Assembly (NCBI RefSeq): GCF_001194135.2
Contig: NC_069002.1
Span: 14,931,398-14,995,397, forward strand
From: Octopus bimaculoides
Lineage: Eukaryota
Length of the DNA stretch: 64,000 nt
Reading direction: 5' to 3'
Position 1 is the stretch's first letter. Each line of letters opens with the position of its first letter. The translations under genes were made by a program, and so were the position numbers. The notes beneath the pieces were generated by a model that saw nothing but the letters and a program-made list of their open reading frames with translations, was not told the DNA's origin and ran no database searches. Of this stretch, positions 11,519 to 24,980 are shown piece by piece.

Positions 11519-14500
11519 ATGTTGGCTCTATGAAATCTCACACACCTGTCACATTCCTCTTGCCCTTCTTTGTGCCTCACCTAACTTTCTGTTATGAAGA
11601 ACTTATACACTCCTTCCAACCTCCTCACCATACACTCCTTTCTCCCCGCCTCAGACTTTTAAATAATTTTTCTGCTCTCACAGAACTCATAATTTAAGAA
11701 TTTTTTATCAATGTTGTTGTGTAATTTATTTTTCTTCAATTTTCTCTCACTTCTCTTTCTGAACTTGCATCTTTTCTCACATTTTCATTTCATTTGCTTG
11801 CACATTTCTATTACACCCTCCACATTCCTCTTGCCAGATTCTGAAGCCATTTTGAGGCCATGGCAGAAACTGAGGGCAGCTAGTTTCAGTAAAATGTTAA
11901 CTCTCAGCAATAATCTAGTTGATATTTTTTGATATTTTAAAAATGCTTTTACTTTTGAAAGGGATACTGTTTTCGTTTCCTTTAATGAAAACTGCCAAAT
12001 TTAGCCCAAATACCCCCTGTGTGTGCATGTTTATTCTTTATCTCTGAAATGAAGATGTTTCTGGGACAAAAAGGAATCAATTAAGATGCTGGAGTATAAA
12101 AATTAAATAATAAAGAAACCAACCTCAAATGGCAACGTGTCATGTTGGTAGACAATAAATTCACCTGTCATGTAGCTGCTGTAATACCTGTAAGTATGAG
12201 AGAATAAATGTAGAAAAGTAATTTTATGTAAGAGCAGCAGAATAGTGAAAATCCAAACAATAACATATCTATTGATTCTTAGCACATTCTGGAATATTTG
12301 AATGTGAATAGCTGATCTCTGTTGTTTCTTTTATGTCATCAGAGAATATCTCCACTTTAGCAGTCAATGAGTGTTCATAACATGAAATTCACTGGTGTAA
12401 AGACATTAGAAGTGAGCTGGATCAACAGTTTCAATTGCTTGTGTTGCTGATAAAAAAGAATATATCTATAAAATGCTTACTTCTGGTTGAAAGATTTTAC
12501 ATGGGGATCTCCTGTGATTTTACATATTCCTTTGATAAACTTCTTTGAGTCCTTATTTGTTATTGATACCTGTTGGAATAAAAGAAAATGGTGCAATTTA
12601 CTTCTTAATTGTGAACTGAGTTTTGGTTCAGTCTTATAAAAGAAAGTCACAAAAGTTAACATAATTTTGAAACAAACCTATTTTAGCTTTAGGCATTGCT
12701 TTTTGCAATCATGTGGATCCTTGCTTGGTTCCATTACTAAATGGCACTTTAGGAAAGTGCATTCTACCAAAGCCTCTGCTTAATCAATGCCTAGTGAGTG
12801 GGTTATGTTAGTAGGGAAGTAAGTGTGTTATTTCTTTACTTCTTTACTACCCACAAAGGGTTAAACACAGAAGGGACAAACGGATTAAGTCGATTATATC
12901 GACCCCAGTGCGTAACTGGTACTTATTTAATCGACCCTGAAAGGATGAAAGGCAAAGTCGACCTTGGCGGAATTTGAACTCAGAACGTAGCGGTAGACGA
13001 AATACTGCTAAACATTTCACCCGGCGTGCTAACGTTTCTGCCAGCTCGCCTAGGGAAGTGTGTGTAGAGTCATGTATATAAGTAGGGTTATGAGTTCATA
13101 GGATGATGTTGAAGCTGCTGAGAATAGGGACCTCCAGTTGCAAAGCCTCAGCATCAAATGTTTCCTCAAAGATAATGATTCCCAGCAAAATAAATTTTGT
13201 TTTGGCTAAAGGAACACCAATGGTTAAAGCAGCAAAGGAGGGACAGCCCCATATAAACAGAATGATAAATACACATAAGGGCAGCAAGGTGTGCATTGGG
13301 GACAAGGTGAGCTATGTGGTTATAGAAGGTGTGGTTATGATGGCATTGATGATGAAGGTGGTAATGATGGTGAAAGAGAAGACAGTAAAAGGTAGGTTGT
13401 GGTGGTGGTGGTGATGGGAAAACACCATGAGGGTTAGTGAGGGAAACTGAATGGGATGGATGGTGAAGGAGGAGATGGGAGACATTTATGATAAAGGTAG
13501 TGGTGGTGGTGATGGCGGGTGAAAATGGTGGTGGTGGTGGTGGTGGTGGTGTTGTTAAAGAAAGCTAGGAAAATTAATATTCCCTTTTGAGTTGTAAGGT
13601 GTATAATGGATGTAGAAAATAAGCTGTTTATTGGGACAGCACAGGATGGACACACACACACACACACATATATATGTTTAGTGGGTCGATCCACTACTCA
13701 GGAAGAGACTATTCTAGAGTGCATTACTGCCTTATCTTCGAAACGCCTAGTTAGAATAGAGGCAGCTGATGAAGGAATAATTCCAAGTGGCTATCTGTTT
13801 TCCTATGTGTCCGTTCCGTTGTCTATAGTTCATTTTTCTAACATCCTGTACCCTGATATGCATCTATATACACATGTAGATGTATGTACATATATGTGTG
13901 TATACATGCATATATATTCTTTGTATCATCATCATCGTTTAACGTCCGCTTTCCATGCTAGCATGGGTTGGACAATTTGACTGAGGACTGGTGAAACCGG
14001 ATGNNNNNNNNNNNNNNNNNNNNNNNNNNNNNNNNNNNNNNNNNNNNNNNNNNNNNNNNNNNNNNNNNNNNNNNNNNNNNNNNNNNNNNNNNNNNNNNNN
14101 NNNNNNNNNNNNNNNNNNNNNNNNNNNNNNNNNNNNNNNNNNNNNNNNNNNNNNNNNNNNNNNNNNNNNNNNNNNNNNNNNNNNNNNNNNNNNNNNNNNN
14201 NNNNNNNNNNNNNNNNNNNNNNNNNNNNNNNNNNNNNNNNNNNNNNNNNNNNNNNNNNNNNNNNNNNNNNNNNNNNNNNNNNNNNNNNNNNNNNNNNNNN
14301 NNNNNNNNNNNNNNNNNNNNNNNNNNNNNNNNNNNNNNNNNNNNNNNNNNNNNNNNNNNNNNNNNNNNNNNNNNNNNNNNNNNNNNNNNNNNNNNNNNNN
14401 NNNNNNNNNNNNNNNNNNNNNNNNNNNNNNNNNNNNNNNNNNNNNNNNNNNNNNNNNNNNNNNNNNNNNNNNNNNNNNNNNNNNNNNNNNNNNNNNNNNN

Positions 14501-14603
14501 NNNNNNNNNNNNNNNNNNNNNNNNNNNNNNNNNNNNNNNNNNNNNNNNNNNNNNNNNNNNNNNNNNNNNNNNNNNNNNNNNNNNNNNNNNNNNNNNNNNN
14601 NNN

Positions 14604-14661
<58 letters not shown>

Positions 14662-17600
14662 AACATATAGGCATAAAGACATACATATATGCCTTCATAC
14701 ATATATAGACATAGAATTTATTTCCTTTAGTTGCTCCATTGTTATCATCATCTTTATAGTCTACAACATTGCTTTCCAGTTTCAACAACACTAAAACTCT
14801 TACAGAGAAAGAGAAGAGAGTGGGTGATATAAACAAAACAAAACATGTAGTACTTACTTTTTTCGTTACACTTTTCACTTCATATTTAGTGTCACCTACT
14901 ATATGTTCCTCTACAATCTTGATTTCTTGGTTGACATTTTTCGTATAAACACTATCAACAAGAGCTTGTAATGTAATGGAACTGAATCCAGTAGACATCT
15001 TGGTACCACAGATTGGCTGACCTCCAATATTGTTTCCTCTGTATAGTACAACCAGTGGAACAACTACAGAAGTTCTTGGACATTTCCTTTTAGAAAATGA
15101 ACCTGTTATACTTGCTTTGAATGATATCTGGCATGCTTTACCATACTTCAAGATACAGATGTAATTTGGTTCAACTCCGATGCTAACTGATAGAGAAACT
15201 GGATTTTCTCCTTCAATTAATTTAATATCTGTCGTATTATCAATCTGAAAAAAAAATTGTTTTTCATTAAATATAAACAGAAAAATATTTATTTATTTAT
15301 ACAAGTATGAAATTATTTCAGATAATTCAAATTAGATATTTTGTTTGAATTACTACATGTTGTTGTTAACATATTCCAGTTTGCTTATCACATAAGTTTT
15401 GTATGTATATATACAGAAGGAAGGTTCCACATACCTTCACAGAAATATTGTCTAAGCAAAGCCAGTAACACTTATTTATATTTGCTGTAATCAGTCAGTT
15501 TCATTAGGTAAAAATCAGTGCAATAAAAGTACCTTACTTACAAAACCATGGTTAGTGACAAGAAGAACATCCAAGTATCAAAAACTATATAAGTCTCATA
15601 CAACTCATGCCAGCACAGAAAAATTGGATATAAAAGCTGATGATGATACTTTTTGTAAACATTTTAAAGAGCATGTTATGTCTCAAGCTACTGCCATCTA
15701 CCACCTTCGGATGATATCTACTCAACCGCTACACGACTACTACTCAACAATTAGTCCACTGGCAGTCCACCATTAGTCGACTGTCAATCTACACCTACCA
15801 CGGTCAGACTACCTCTATTTATATGTCTTAGTCGAGCCTACTTCTTTGCTTGGGGGCGTCAACACAACAGAGTAAATTTTAATTAGAAGGTAAGAAAAAT
15901 TTGAAATTATTTCAGATAATTCAAATTAAATATTTTGCTTCAATTACTATATGTTGTTGTTAACACATTCCAGTCTGCTTACCACATAAGTTTTCACACT
16001 CATGCCTTCTTTATGGCAAGCATTGCATTATTAGAAGAATAAGTTCAGCGCAACAACCATAAATTTGAATATTTGGAGAACATTTGAGTTCTCTTTCCTT
16101 GGTGTTTGATAATTAAATATCTGCAGTTAATTTATGATTTCCAATCACACTTTCCTTTGTTTTAGCCATTGGACTGTGGCAATGCTGGAGCATTTTGGTG
16201 TTTGAAATGCAAATTAGTTACAAAACACTGTTTTAAGTTCTTCCTTCAGGTTAATGCTGAGTGGGAGCGTTTATGACAATTTAGATATTGTTGGAAGCTG
16301 TGGTTTTCACAATGATTCCACGAACACCCTATTTCTAGATATTTACTCAACTATGATGTATGAGCAGAGCATTTTCATCAGCTTTGTAGATTAACCCTTT
16401 AGCATTTGTATCCAGCCCAAATATTCTGTATTTTCTTTTGTTCAAACTGGCCAGGTCCAGCCTCTTACACCAACCCTACTTTGTCATTTTAAAAATTAAC
16501 AATCATAATTGAAATTTCAAAATTATGAGAGAATCCACAATTAATTCAAAGCAATGTGAATGAATAAGCAATACATTTGACAGAACAATCTGAATGATAA
16601 AGGATTAAGGCAAACAGAGTAGTGAGCATTATTTAGAGTTACAAAATATAATGGCTATAGTTTTATAGTACAGTCCTCTCATCCTGAGACCATTCTAAGC
16701 AGTAATATAGTATTTTAATGCTACAACTTTTAAAGTGCTCCATAAACAGTATACCATAGCATACTGATGTGCAGCTGGATAAAATTATCATCATTCTCAT
16801 CAGTTCATGTTTTCTTTCTATTCTGGCATGGGTTGGATGGTTTGATAAGATCTAACAAATTGGCAGACCATGTCATGTTTCAATACTTGCTTTCTCATGG
16901 TTTCTGTGGTTAGATAGATGCCGTTCTTAATGCCAACAACTTTACACAGCTTTTTGGTGGGTACCAACACTATTTATCGACTAAAGTAAGTACTTAAACA
17001 TTTTCTGTTGTTTAAATTATTTATAAGCTAAAATATATAAACAAATTTTTTGAGAATCCTTGAAGCTCTCTCAGATTCTGGACAAACATCCTATCAGTGC
17101 TATTGCATCATTTCACTTAACAATCCCAATCCTAGACTGGGAACTTATGAATTGATCCTCATGGGATGAAATACAAAAATCAACCTTGGTAGGATTTGAA
17201 CTCAGAACATAAAAAAACAGGAACAAATAACACAAGGCATTTGATCTGATGCTCTAATGATTTTACCAAATTGTCACCAAGAGAGAAATTATCATTTTGG
17301 TCTCAATAAATGAAATACTATTGAAGTACATGCTTTGTTCCTCTTCCTTCTCTTTCTGTAAAGTGTGCTGCAAATGTAACAGTATATGAACCATTGATTC
17401 ATTATGATAATTAATGTAAGACCATACATCTTTTAGGTGCTCTTTTAGGTTATCATGAACTGAATTAATCAGGTATGATATGAGCTGAGACCAGCGGGGA
17501 ACAATGAAAAAAATCTAAGATGCATTGGGCTTGGGCCCCTAACATCATTACTCCTTCATATTTTATAAAGGGTGAATATTAGTTGATTAAATCAGCACCA

Positions 17601-20600
17601 CTATTATATTTTACTGACCCCAGAAGAACAAAAGTCAAATTTAATGTTAACAGGATTTGTCTCCAGGACATAAAGAGCCATAACTAAATTGTGCAGAGAA
17701 TTTTGTCCACTAGTCCTCCAATATTCTACTGATTCTTCTAGTTCACTACAGTTTTTGATGAGGAAAACACCCAACAAAAATATATTTATCAGTCTTAGAT
17801 TTTACTTACCTTAGTTTCAGAAATAATTACATTACTTCGTTGAGATATTGGTTCACCACAACGGATTGAAGATTTAGCCTTGATGGCACAGGAAACCTAT
17901 GAAGCAGAGGTGACCAAAATGAAAATTCTTTAGAAACTGTTTTATATAAACATGGAAAAATTAAGAAAATGTTTGAGGCAGAGTTTTCTAGTCAGAGCTC
18001 TTCTCAACTCCAACCTTAACTATTTTCAGATAAGGGATTATTTTTAGTTCATAGGTCTTTGAAAATAGAGCAACTGTTCATAATGTCAGTTTTCAAATCT
18101 GAGTCAACACATGCACGCACATACACACACACGCATATGCATCTACACAGTTTCTATTCTCCAGATTCACAAACAGAACATTTATTAGCTTGGGGATATA
18201 GTAGAAAATACTTGCCTAAGGTTGTGTGTATGCATGTATGTATATTTATAATGTATGAAATGTGTTATGTGCCACTTTCTTTCATTTGTTCATTACTCAC
18301 TTGTATATATATATATATATATAGGTTAAGTAGTTTGCTTTCTATCCATATAGTTTGGAATTCTTCCGGGTATTATCATCCCATAAGGTATCATGTTCTA
18401 GACAGAACAGTCGGGAACAAGATAATAAAATAGAAAACATCTACAGCCAAATTTGACCATATTGAGACTGTTGGATCAAAAAAAATATTGGTGGAACTTA
18501 GAAATTAAAGCAGCCGCCAAGTTAAAATACGACCAGCCAGAGATTGTAGTGTAGGACCATGAAGAAAATATATGTTATGTAGTGGAAATCAACTGCCCTC
18601 TGGACACCAAAGTGGGTTTAGAAAAATACAAGAGAAAGGGGACATCTATGGACCATTCATACAGAGCTTCATACCTTGGGGCAACAGGATACATACCAAC
18701 CTGTTGGGAGCAAAGTATGGTTGAACTTGGGATCTTGGGGAGAGAATGCAAATATTTAATTCATAAACTACAAATAATCATGATATCTAAGACAATAAAA
18801 ATGTGCAAGACCTTCTTCAGATTTCAAGGCTGATGAACAAGACAAGACAGTTTCCTTCTCAACCTTACTGCCAAATAGGGGGCCAGTCAAAATTTATTCC
18901 AAACTAAAACAAGAGAACATACGTACATACATACAAGCAAACAAACAAAAATACCCTGTTGTTGATGTTGAAATTCCAATGAAGGAGCCTTGATTCTAGA
19001 TTAGAAATTGACTCATTCTCTATTGGCAAGAAATCTTGAAATAAAACTGAACAATGACATCCTTACATACACACATATCCATTCAATTTGAGTGTAAAGC
19101 AATGTAGTGTGCTTTAGAAAGCTTGTCTACAGTTATTGATTAACAAATGCATTCTATACTGAGATTGTTCATATCACTGAATATAAATCTGGACATTTGT
19201 GAATATCTGTAGAGTATGTATAAAGATATGAGCTGATACATGAATGAAGTAGGGTTATTGGACTAATGACAATGGCATAATGTGTTATTTTATATTCTTT
19301 TATTCTTTGACATGCTTCAGTCATTTGACCTCAGGCATGCTGGAACACTGCCTTAAAAGGTTTTAGTTGAAGAAATTAACCCCAGGACTTATTCTTTTGG
19401 TTTCTTTTATTGAACAGTTAAGTTACGGGAAACAACATTGGTTGTCAAGTAATGGAGCGGGGACAAACACAAAGACACACACAAATATATATNNNNNNNN
19501 NNNNNNNNNNNNNNNNNNNNNNNNNNNNNNNNNNNNNNNNNNNNNNNNNNNNNNNNNNNNNNNNNNNNNNNNNNNNNNNNNNNNNNNNNNNNNNNNNNNN
19601 NNNNNNNNNNNNNNNNNNNNNNNNNNNNNNNNNNNNNNNNNATATATATATATAATACATATATATATATATATATAATACTACTAAAACTCTCTGATTG
19701 TTTGCTTGCTTGTCTGTCATTACATACAGCCAAACTGGTGCGTAATGGAAAATACTATGAATTAAGATAACCCTGAAATGTGAATACAAACAGAATGAAA
19801 CAAGTTTCGTGTAAATTGAACCATGGATTCCTGAGATGGTGGGGGTATTCATAAATGCTCAAAACTGTTCATAATGGGAAAATACTCTGAAAGGGAAGAA
19901 ACTCTAACCTTTCAATTAGAGACATTATGATCAATGTCGGTAAATTTGATAAGTACATCTGCATGCAAAAAAAGCCTTGAATTCTTTTTTTTTTTTTTTT
20001 TTGCATGAAATCAAGTACTCTGATCTCCTAATGTGCTGCAAACTCTTTATTTTATTTTTGTTCTGGTATGGGAGGTGGAGAATTGCCCCCCCCCCTCCAC
20101 CTCCCCATACTAGAATCATTGGGTATTTTTTATTTTTTTATTATTGTTGAATGAATTATGGTGATCTCCTAATATGCCACAAAACACTTTTTTGGGTCCA
20201 GAAAATGGGGTGGGGTGGGGGAGGGTGTAATGCTTGGAAATTTCACCCCCACACCCAACATTTTACAGAAATACATTTTCTCGAGTGTGGATTACATGAT
20301 TCATTATTAAATAGATATTTACTAGTTGGTACTATATCGTACTAATGCATGTGAAATAACCTGGAAAAGAAAAAAAAAAACCTGAAACAAAACTCCCTTG
20401 GTGGGAAACTCCAAGGTACCCTCTACCCCTTTCCTTTCCTGAAAAAAGTTGCTTGCAACAGGTTTGGAGGTCAGATGCATTGACTGCACTCAAAAAAACT
20501 TGTGGAAAAAAATTATTTCACACTGAGGTATGAACAGGCACTTTATGAAATATTTACTGAAACAACTGTAATATTATGCAATAAAGCATTTTACTCAATC

Positions 20601-23600
20601 CATTTTCCCTTATTCATATTTACAAATGTGTGTGTGTGTGTGTCGCAAAATGAGGAAATCTGACTAATGGAGATTTTTTAAACTTACCCCGTTTTTAAAA
20701 GCATCTTCGGTGTCTGTGATTTCACTTGACTGGAAAAGCGCAGTCTTTGCACCAGATGAAACATCTTTTTCGACAGTCTTAGAACCAATGGACCAAATAC
20801 CTTTGTAACTTATCACCTCACCACTAGGTAAGGGTTGGAGCTGAGTGAATATGCACGTGTATGTAATAGCGTTTTGGTCACTATTAATTGCGTATGACAC
20901 GCTAGGAGCTCCAGGTTTAGTTAAGTTACCTACAATAACAAAAACACATAAAATAGAATAAAATAAAAGAAATGAGATCGATTAATAATAACTTTTTGAT
21001 ATTTGAGGGGAGGGGCTTAGTTAATTAAATTAATTGATACAGTATTTTATTGACCTGGAAAAAAAAAATGAAAGGAAATGTTGACCTTGGTTGGATTTGA
21101 ACTCAGAACATAGAGAACCAAAACAAATACTGCAAGGTATTTTATTCTGATGCTGGGTTTAACATTAAAACAGTGGTTCCCAAATGGTGTTGTGGAAGAA
21201 GATAGCAGGTGAAGTGGGATGATTGAAAGACAATCAAAGATGTAGAAACAGTTTCAAAAAATTCATATACCAAAAACAAATATTTCAAAATTAAAAATAT
21301 TATTGGGTTCTTTTGGGATATACAACCAGAAACAATATCCATGTGTCTCCTCAAAAGTATTACCCATTCTTTTACAGTTCTCCACAACATATTGCTGTGA
21401 ACAAGGATTTTCAGTTCTGATAAATATCGGCGATCTTTACTAAAGATTGGCCTTTTCTGTAAAAAGCGTTGGAGAGAAACAAGGAAAGGATGTCATAAAA
21501 GCGAAAGACATACAGAGAGCGCAATTTATTTTGAAGGGTTTACGGTTAGGGTTAGGGTTTGGGTTAGGGAATTCCGTCCGTAACCGTAACCCTAACCACT
21601 AAGCCTAACCCTAACACCGTAGTGAAGATCCTGCGGGTGTTACGGAAAAGGCCGATCTTGGGTAAAGATGGCCGAAGACACTTTTTACGGAAAAGGCCAA
21701 TATTTAGGACTCGTACCATAAGATCGCCCAAATATCAAAAACCAAAAAGGGGAAAGGCTTCTTTGCGTTGATGAGGAGATGAGAGTTTATTTATCTCAAA
21801 TTAGGCTTAATATAAAGAAGATTACTCGTGAAAACAAGCTCATACTTTCATTAAATCTGTGTACTTTAATCATATTTTAAGTTATTTGTGTTATATATTA
21901 TATTTAACTCACTATTAGACATTTAAAAAAATTTTTATGTGTACTTTTTATCACATAAAATTTGGTGAGGCACGAGCAAATTACCACTCCAAATATGTGG
22001 CCCAGAGAAAAATAGTTTGGGAAACACTGCGTTAAAAAAAGACGTTACTTCTGTCAAATTATTAATGATTGAATAAGTGAATGCAAATGCGTGTGTGTGT
22101 GTGTGTGTGTGTGTGTGCATATGCTCTCACTCTGCTTGTCTGTCTGTCTGTTTCTCTCTTTCAGGGACAACTGCTTATTTAGTTTTCATTTACTGTTTAT
22201 CGTTTGTCTCAATTACTGGACTGTGGCCATACTGGGGCACTGCATTGAAGGGTTTAATCAAACAAATAAACCTCAGTACTTCTTTTTATATGCCTGGTAC
22301 TTATTCTATTGATCTCTTATGCTGAACCACAAAGTGATGGAAACTTGAAATAATGACTGGGGACAAACCTTGGCAAGCTTTTGTTGTTGTTAATTCTGTC
22401 TGTGTCACCTGTGTTGTTAATGATGGCCCTGTAACATCTGTTGGTTCTGTTGGTAGTTCAGTTTCTATTGTGGTTGGTTCTGTTGGCATTACTGTGACAG
22501 TTTCATTATCTGCAATTCAAGAAGAATATTTTAATATTTAGAGTTTAATAACAGCAGACTTTGCTTTTGCATTTAACTTACAAACTTATTGGAGGTGTTT
22601 TTGTTTTTTTTCTTGTATAGCATATGTTTTGCTCAGAAGGCTATAAAGATGTTTGATAAAATTCAGTGGTAATTCTATGCAGGTTAAATAATTAAAAATA
22701 CATGCATCTATACATATGTACATACACACACACACACATATATATATGCATGTGTACATTGACTCAAACCATCAGTCACTCTCTCTCTCTATATATATAT
22801 AATATATATATATAATATACACACACACACCTGAATATCATGTCTATAAAGGTGCAAAACAAAATGGGGAACATAGTATTTGAAAACTGATGGCAGAGTA
22901 AAATATGTTTCACTGAAGCTGAAAGTTTTAAATAACTGATGATGGCTCATTAAAATCATTGAACATCCAATTCCCAGTTTGACAGTTTCCTGGTTTGACA
23001 GGAGCTGGTAAGGCCAGGATCCATGCTAGGTTCCATAGTCTGTTTTGGCATGGATTCTACAGCTTGATGCCCTTCCTAATGCCAACTACTTTTCAGAGTG
23101 CACTGGGTGCTTTTTATATAGCACCGGCATCAGTGTTTTTATGTGGCACCATCACTGATAGGTTCACCAAGTACCTTGCAAGTCAAAAACCTCCAGCTGG
23201 TAGTACGGAAGTAGTATTGAGAGGGTGTGTGGATTTGTGCCACTTAAGGGATTCAAGACATAGAAGGGATGCTGTAGACACATGGATAGCCTGGTTGGGA
23301 AACAAAGGAGAGTGAGTTGGAGAGTAAGATAAAGGGAGCAATAGGGAGACAGAGATGATAGTGAAAAGGTGTTAGGACATAGCCACAAGGGACATTGAGT
23401 CTGGTGAGAATAGGTGAGGCAATATGGAAGTTTGGGATCGATGAGAAGATTGGATAAGGTGACTGTTGCAGATGATGGAGAGAAATATAGGAGAGGTTTG
23501 GAAGCAGGTGTTGCAGTAGATATGTGAGGGCATTGAGGATGATAACGGGTAAGCAAGGAGTTGAGGGGGAGCTGTACAGGAGGAAAGGAAAGGTGCAGAA

Positions 23601-24946
23601 AGGAAGTGAATGGTGGAGACAGTAGGCTAGGGGAAGAAAGGTAATTGGTGGGGAGGAAGGTAACTGAGAAAGTCTAGGGATGTAGCATGTACCCTTCTCT
23701 GCTTTTAGGGGATACTGAAAGTGATGATTATTAGGGAATGAAATGTGAGTGGGGGGGGGAATATGATTGACAAGGTAGACAGGATGGAAGTAAGCATTAA
23801 GAAGATGGTTTTAGGATATCAGTTCTGCCGTGGTGGGTAAGTTGAGTATAACAAAGCACCAGACATCTTGGTTACTCTGAGGTTGGAGGTCGGGGTGAGA
23901 AAAGTAACTGGGATTGGGGAGTTGGAAAGTAACTGAGAAAGTCAAAGGATGCAGTATGTGTGTCTTCTGCTTTCAGGGGATACAGGAAGTGATGAGTATT
24001 AGAGAATGAAATGTGGGGTGGGGGTGGGGGAAGATGATTGACATGGCTGAGAGGATGGAAGTAAGCATTAACAAGATGGTTTTAGGATATCAATTTTGCT
24101 GTTGTGGGCAGGTCTCTTTGAGAATGGCAAAGCACCGGATTCCTTGGTCACTCTGAGTCAGTAGTTCAAAACCCATTCTGTATATACACGTATGTATCTG
24201 TTTATGATTTTACTTTCCACAAGGAAAAATAAACCAAATCAACTTACCTGTAGCTCGCAAGGCAATTTCTTTAGTTGCAAATGTCACTTTCCATTCAGCA
24301 ATGACAATTTCAGAAAAGACCAATTTTGTTGAAGATGTGCCAAAAAAGAACTTTCCGGAAGCTGTTGAGGCTGTGTTCTTTTGAAGATACTTCTCTGTTT
24401 CTGATACCAATTTGCCATCTAAAAACAGTTTCAAACCTGTATAGACACTCCAACTGAAAGTAATGTTTGTGTAGGTGTTTAGGACTAGTTTACCAGTGGA
24501 AACAGTCCACTGTTGAGTTTTGGTACTGAGGGTCAAAAACAATTGATTTCGTGTGTAATACATTGCTACACCTGTTCCTGCTGGATCATCTCCTCCATTG
24601 GTGAATATAAACATATTTTCCTTTATACTTTTTATAATCGTTATGAATGAGACACTTATCTGTAAGAGAAGAAGAATAGAAAAAGAAATTTTAAGGTAAA
24701 TGAGAAATAAAATAAAAATCATGCAGTCTTTTGCAATAGAATCAATTTCTCAGTGGATTTTACATGAAGTTAATATAGAAAATATTTCTTATAACATGGG
24801 TGCAAGCATAACTTGCTTCCCAACCACATGGTTCTGGGTTCAGTCCCACTGCATAGCACCTTGGGCATGTGTCTTCTACAATAGTCTCAGGCTAACCAAA
24901 GTCTTGTGAGTGGATTTGGTAGACAGAAATTAAAAGAAGCCCTTCG

Positions 24947-24980
<34 letters not shown>

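Noticed and set aside
13096-13980. Several 70-125 aa ORFs and two hammerhead-like fragments near 13700-13790
   Set aside because: No recognisable homology; the motifs lack a complete core (CTCAGGA; missing GAAA) and stem I
11047-14708. Long ORFs of the track that are mostly X (also 3019-3446, 19367-19852, 28921-29752, 57608-57919)
   Set aside because: They span N gaps and (AT)n edges and are not evidence of coding sequence
21537-21615. Ancestral chromosome end-to-end fusion site
   Set aside because: Only a few degenerate repeats, inside a TIR-bounded element within an intact gene
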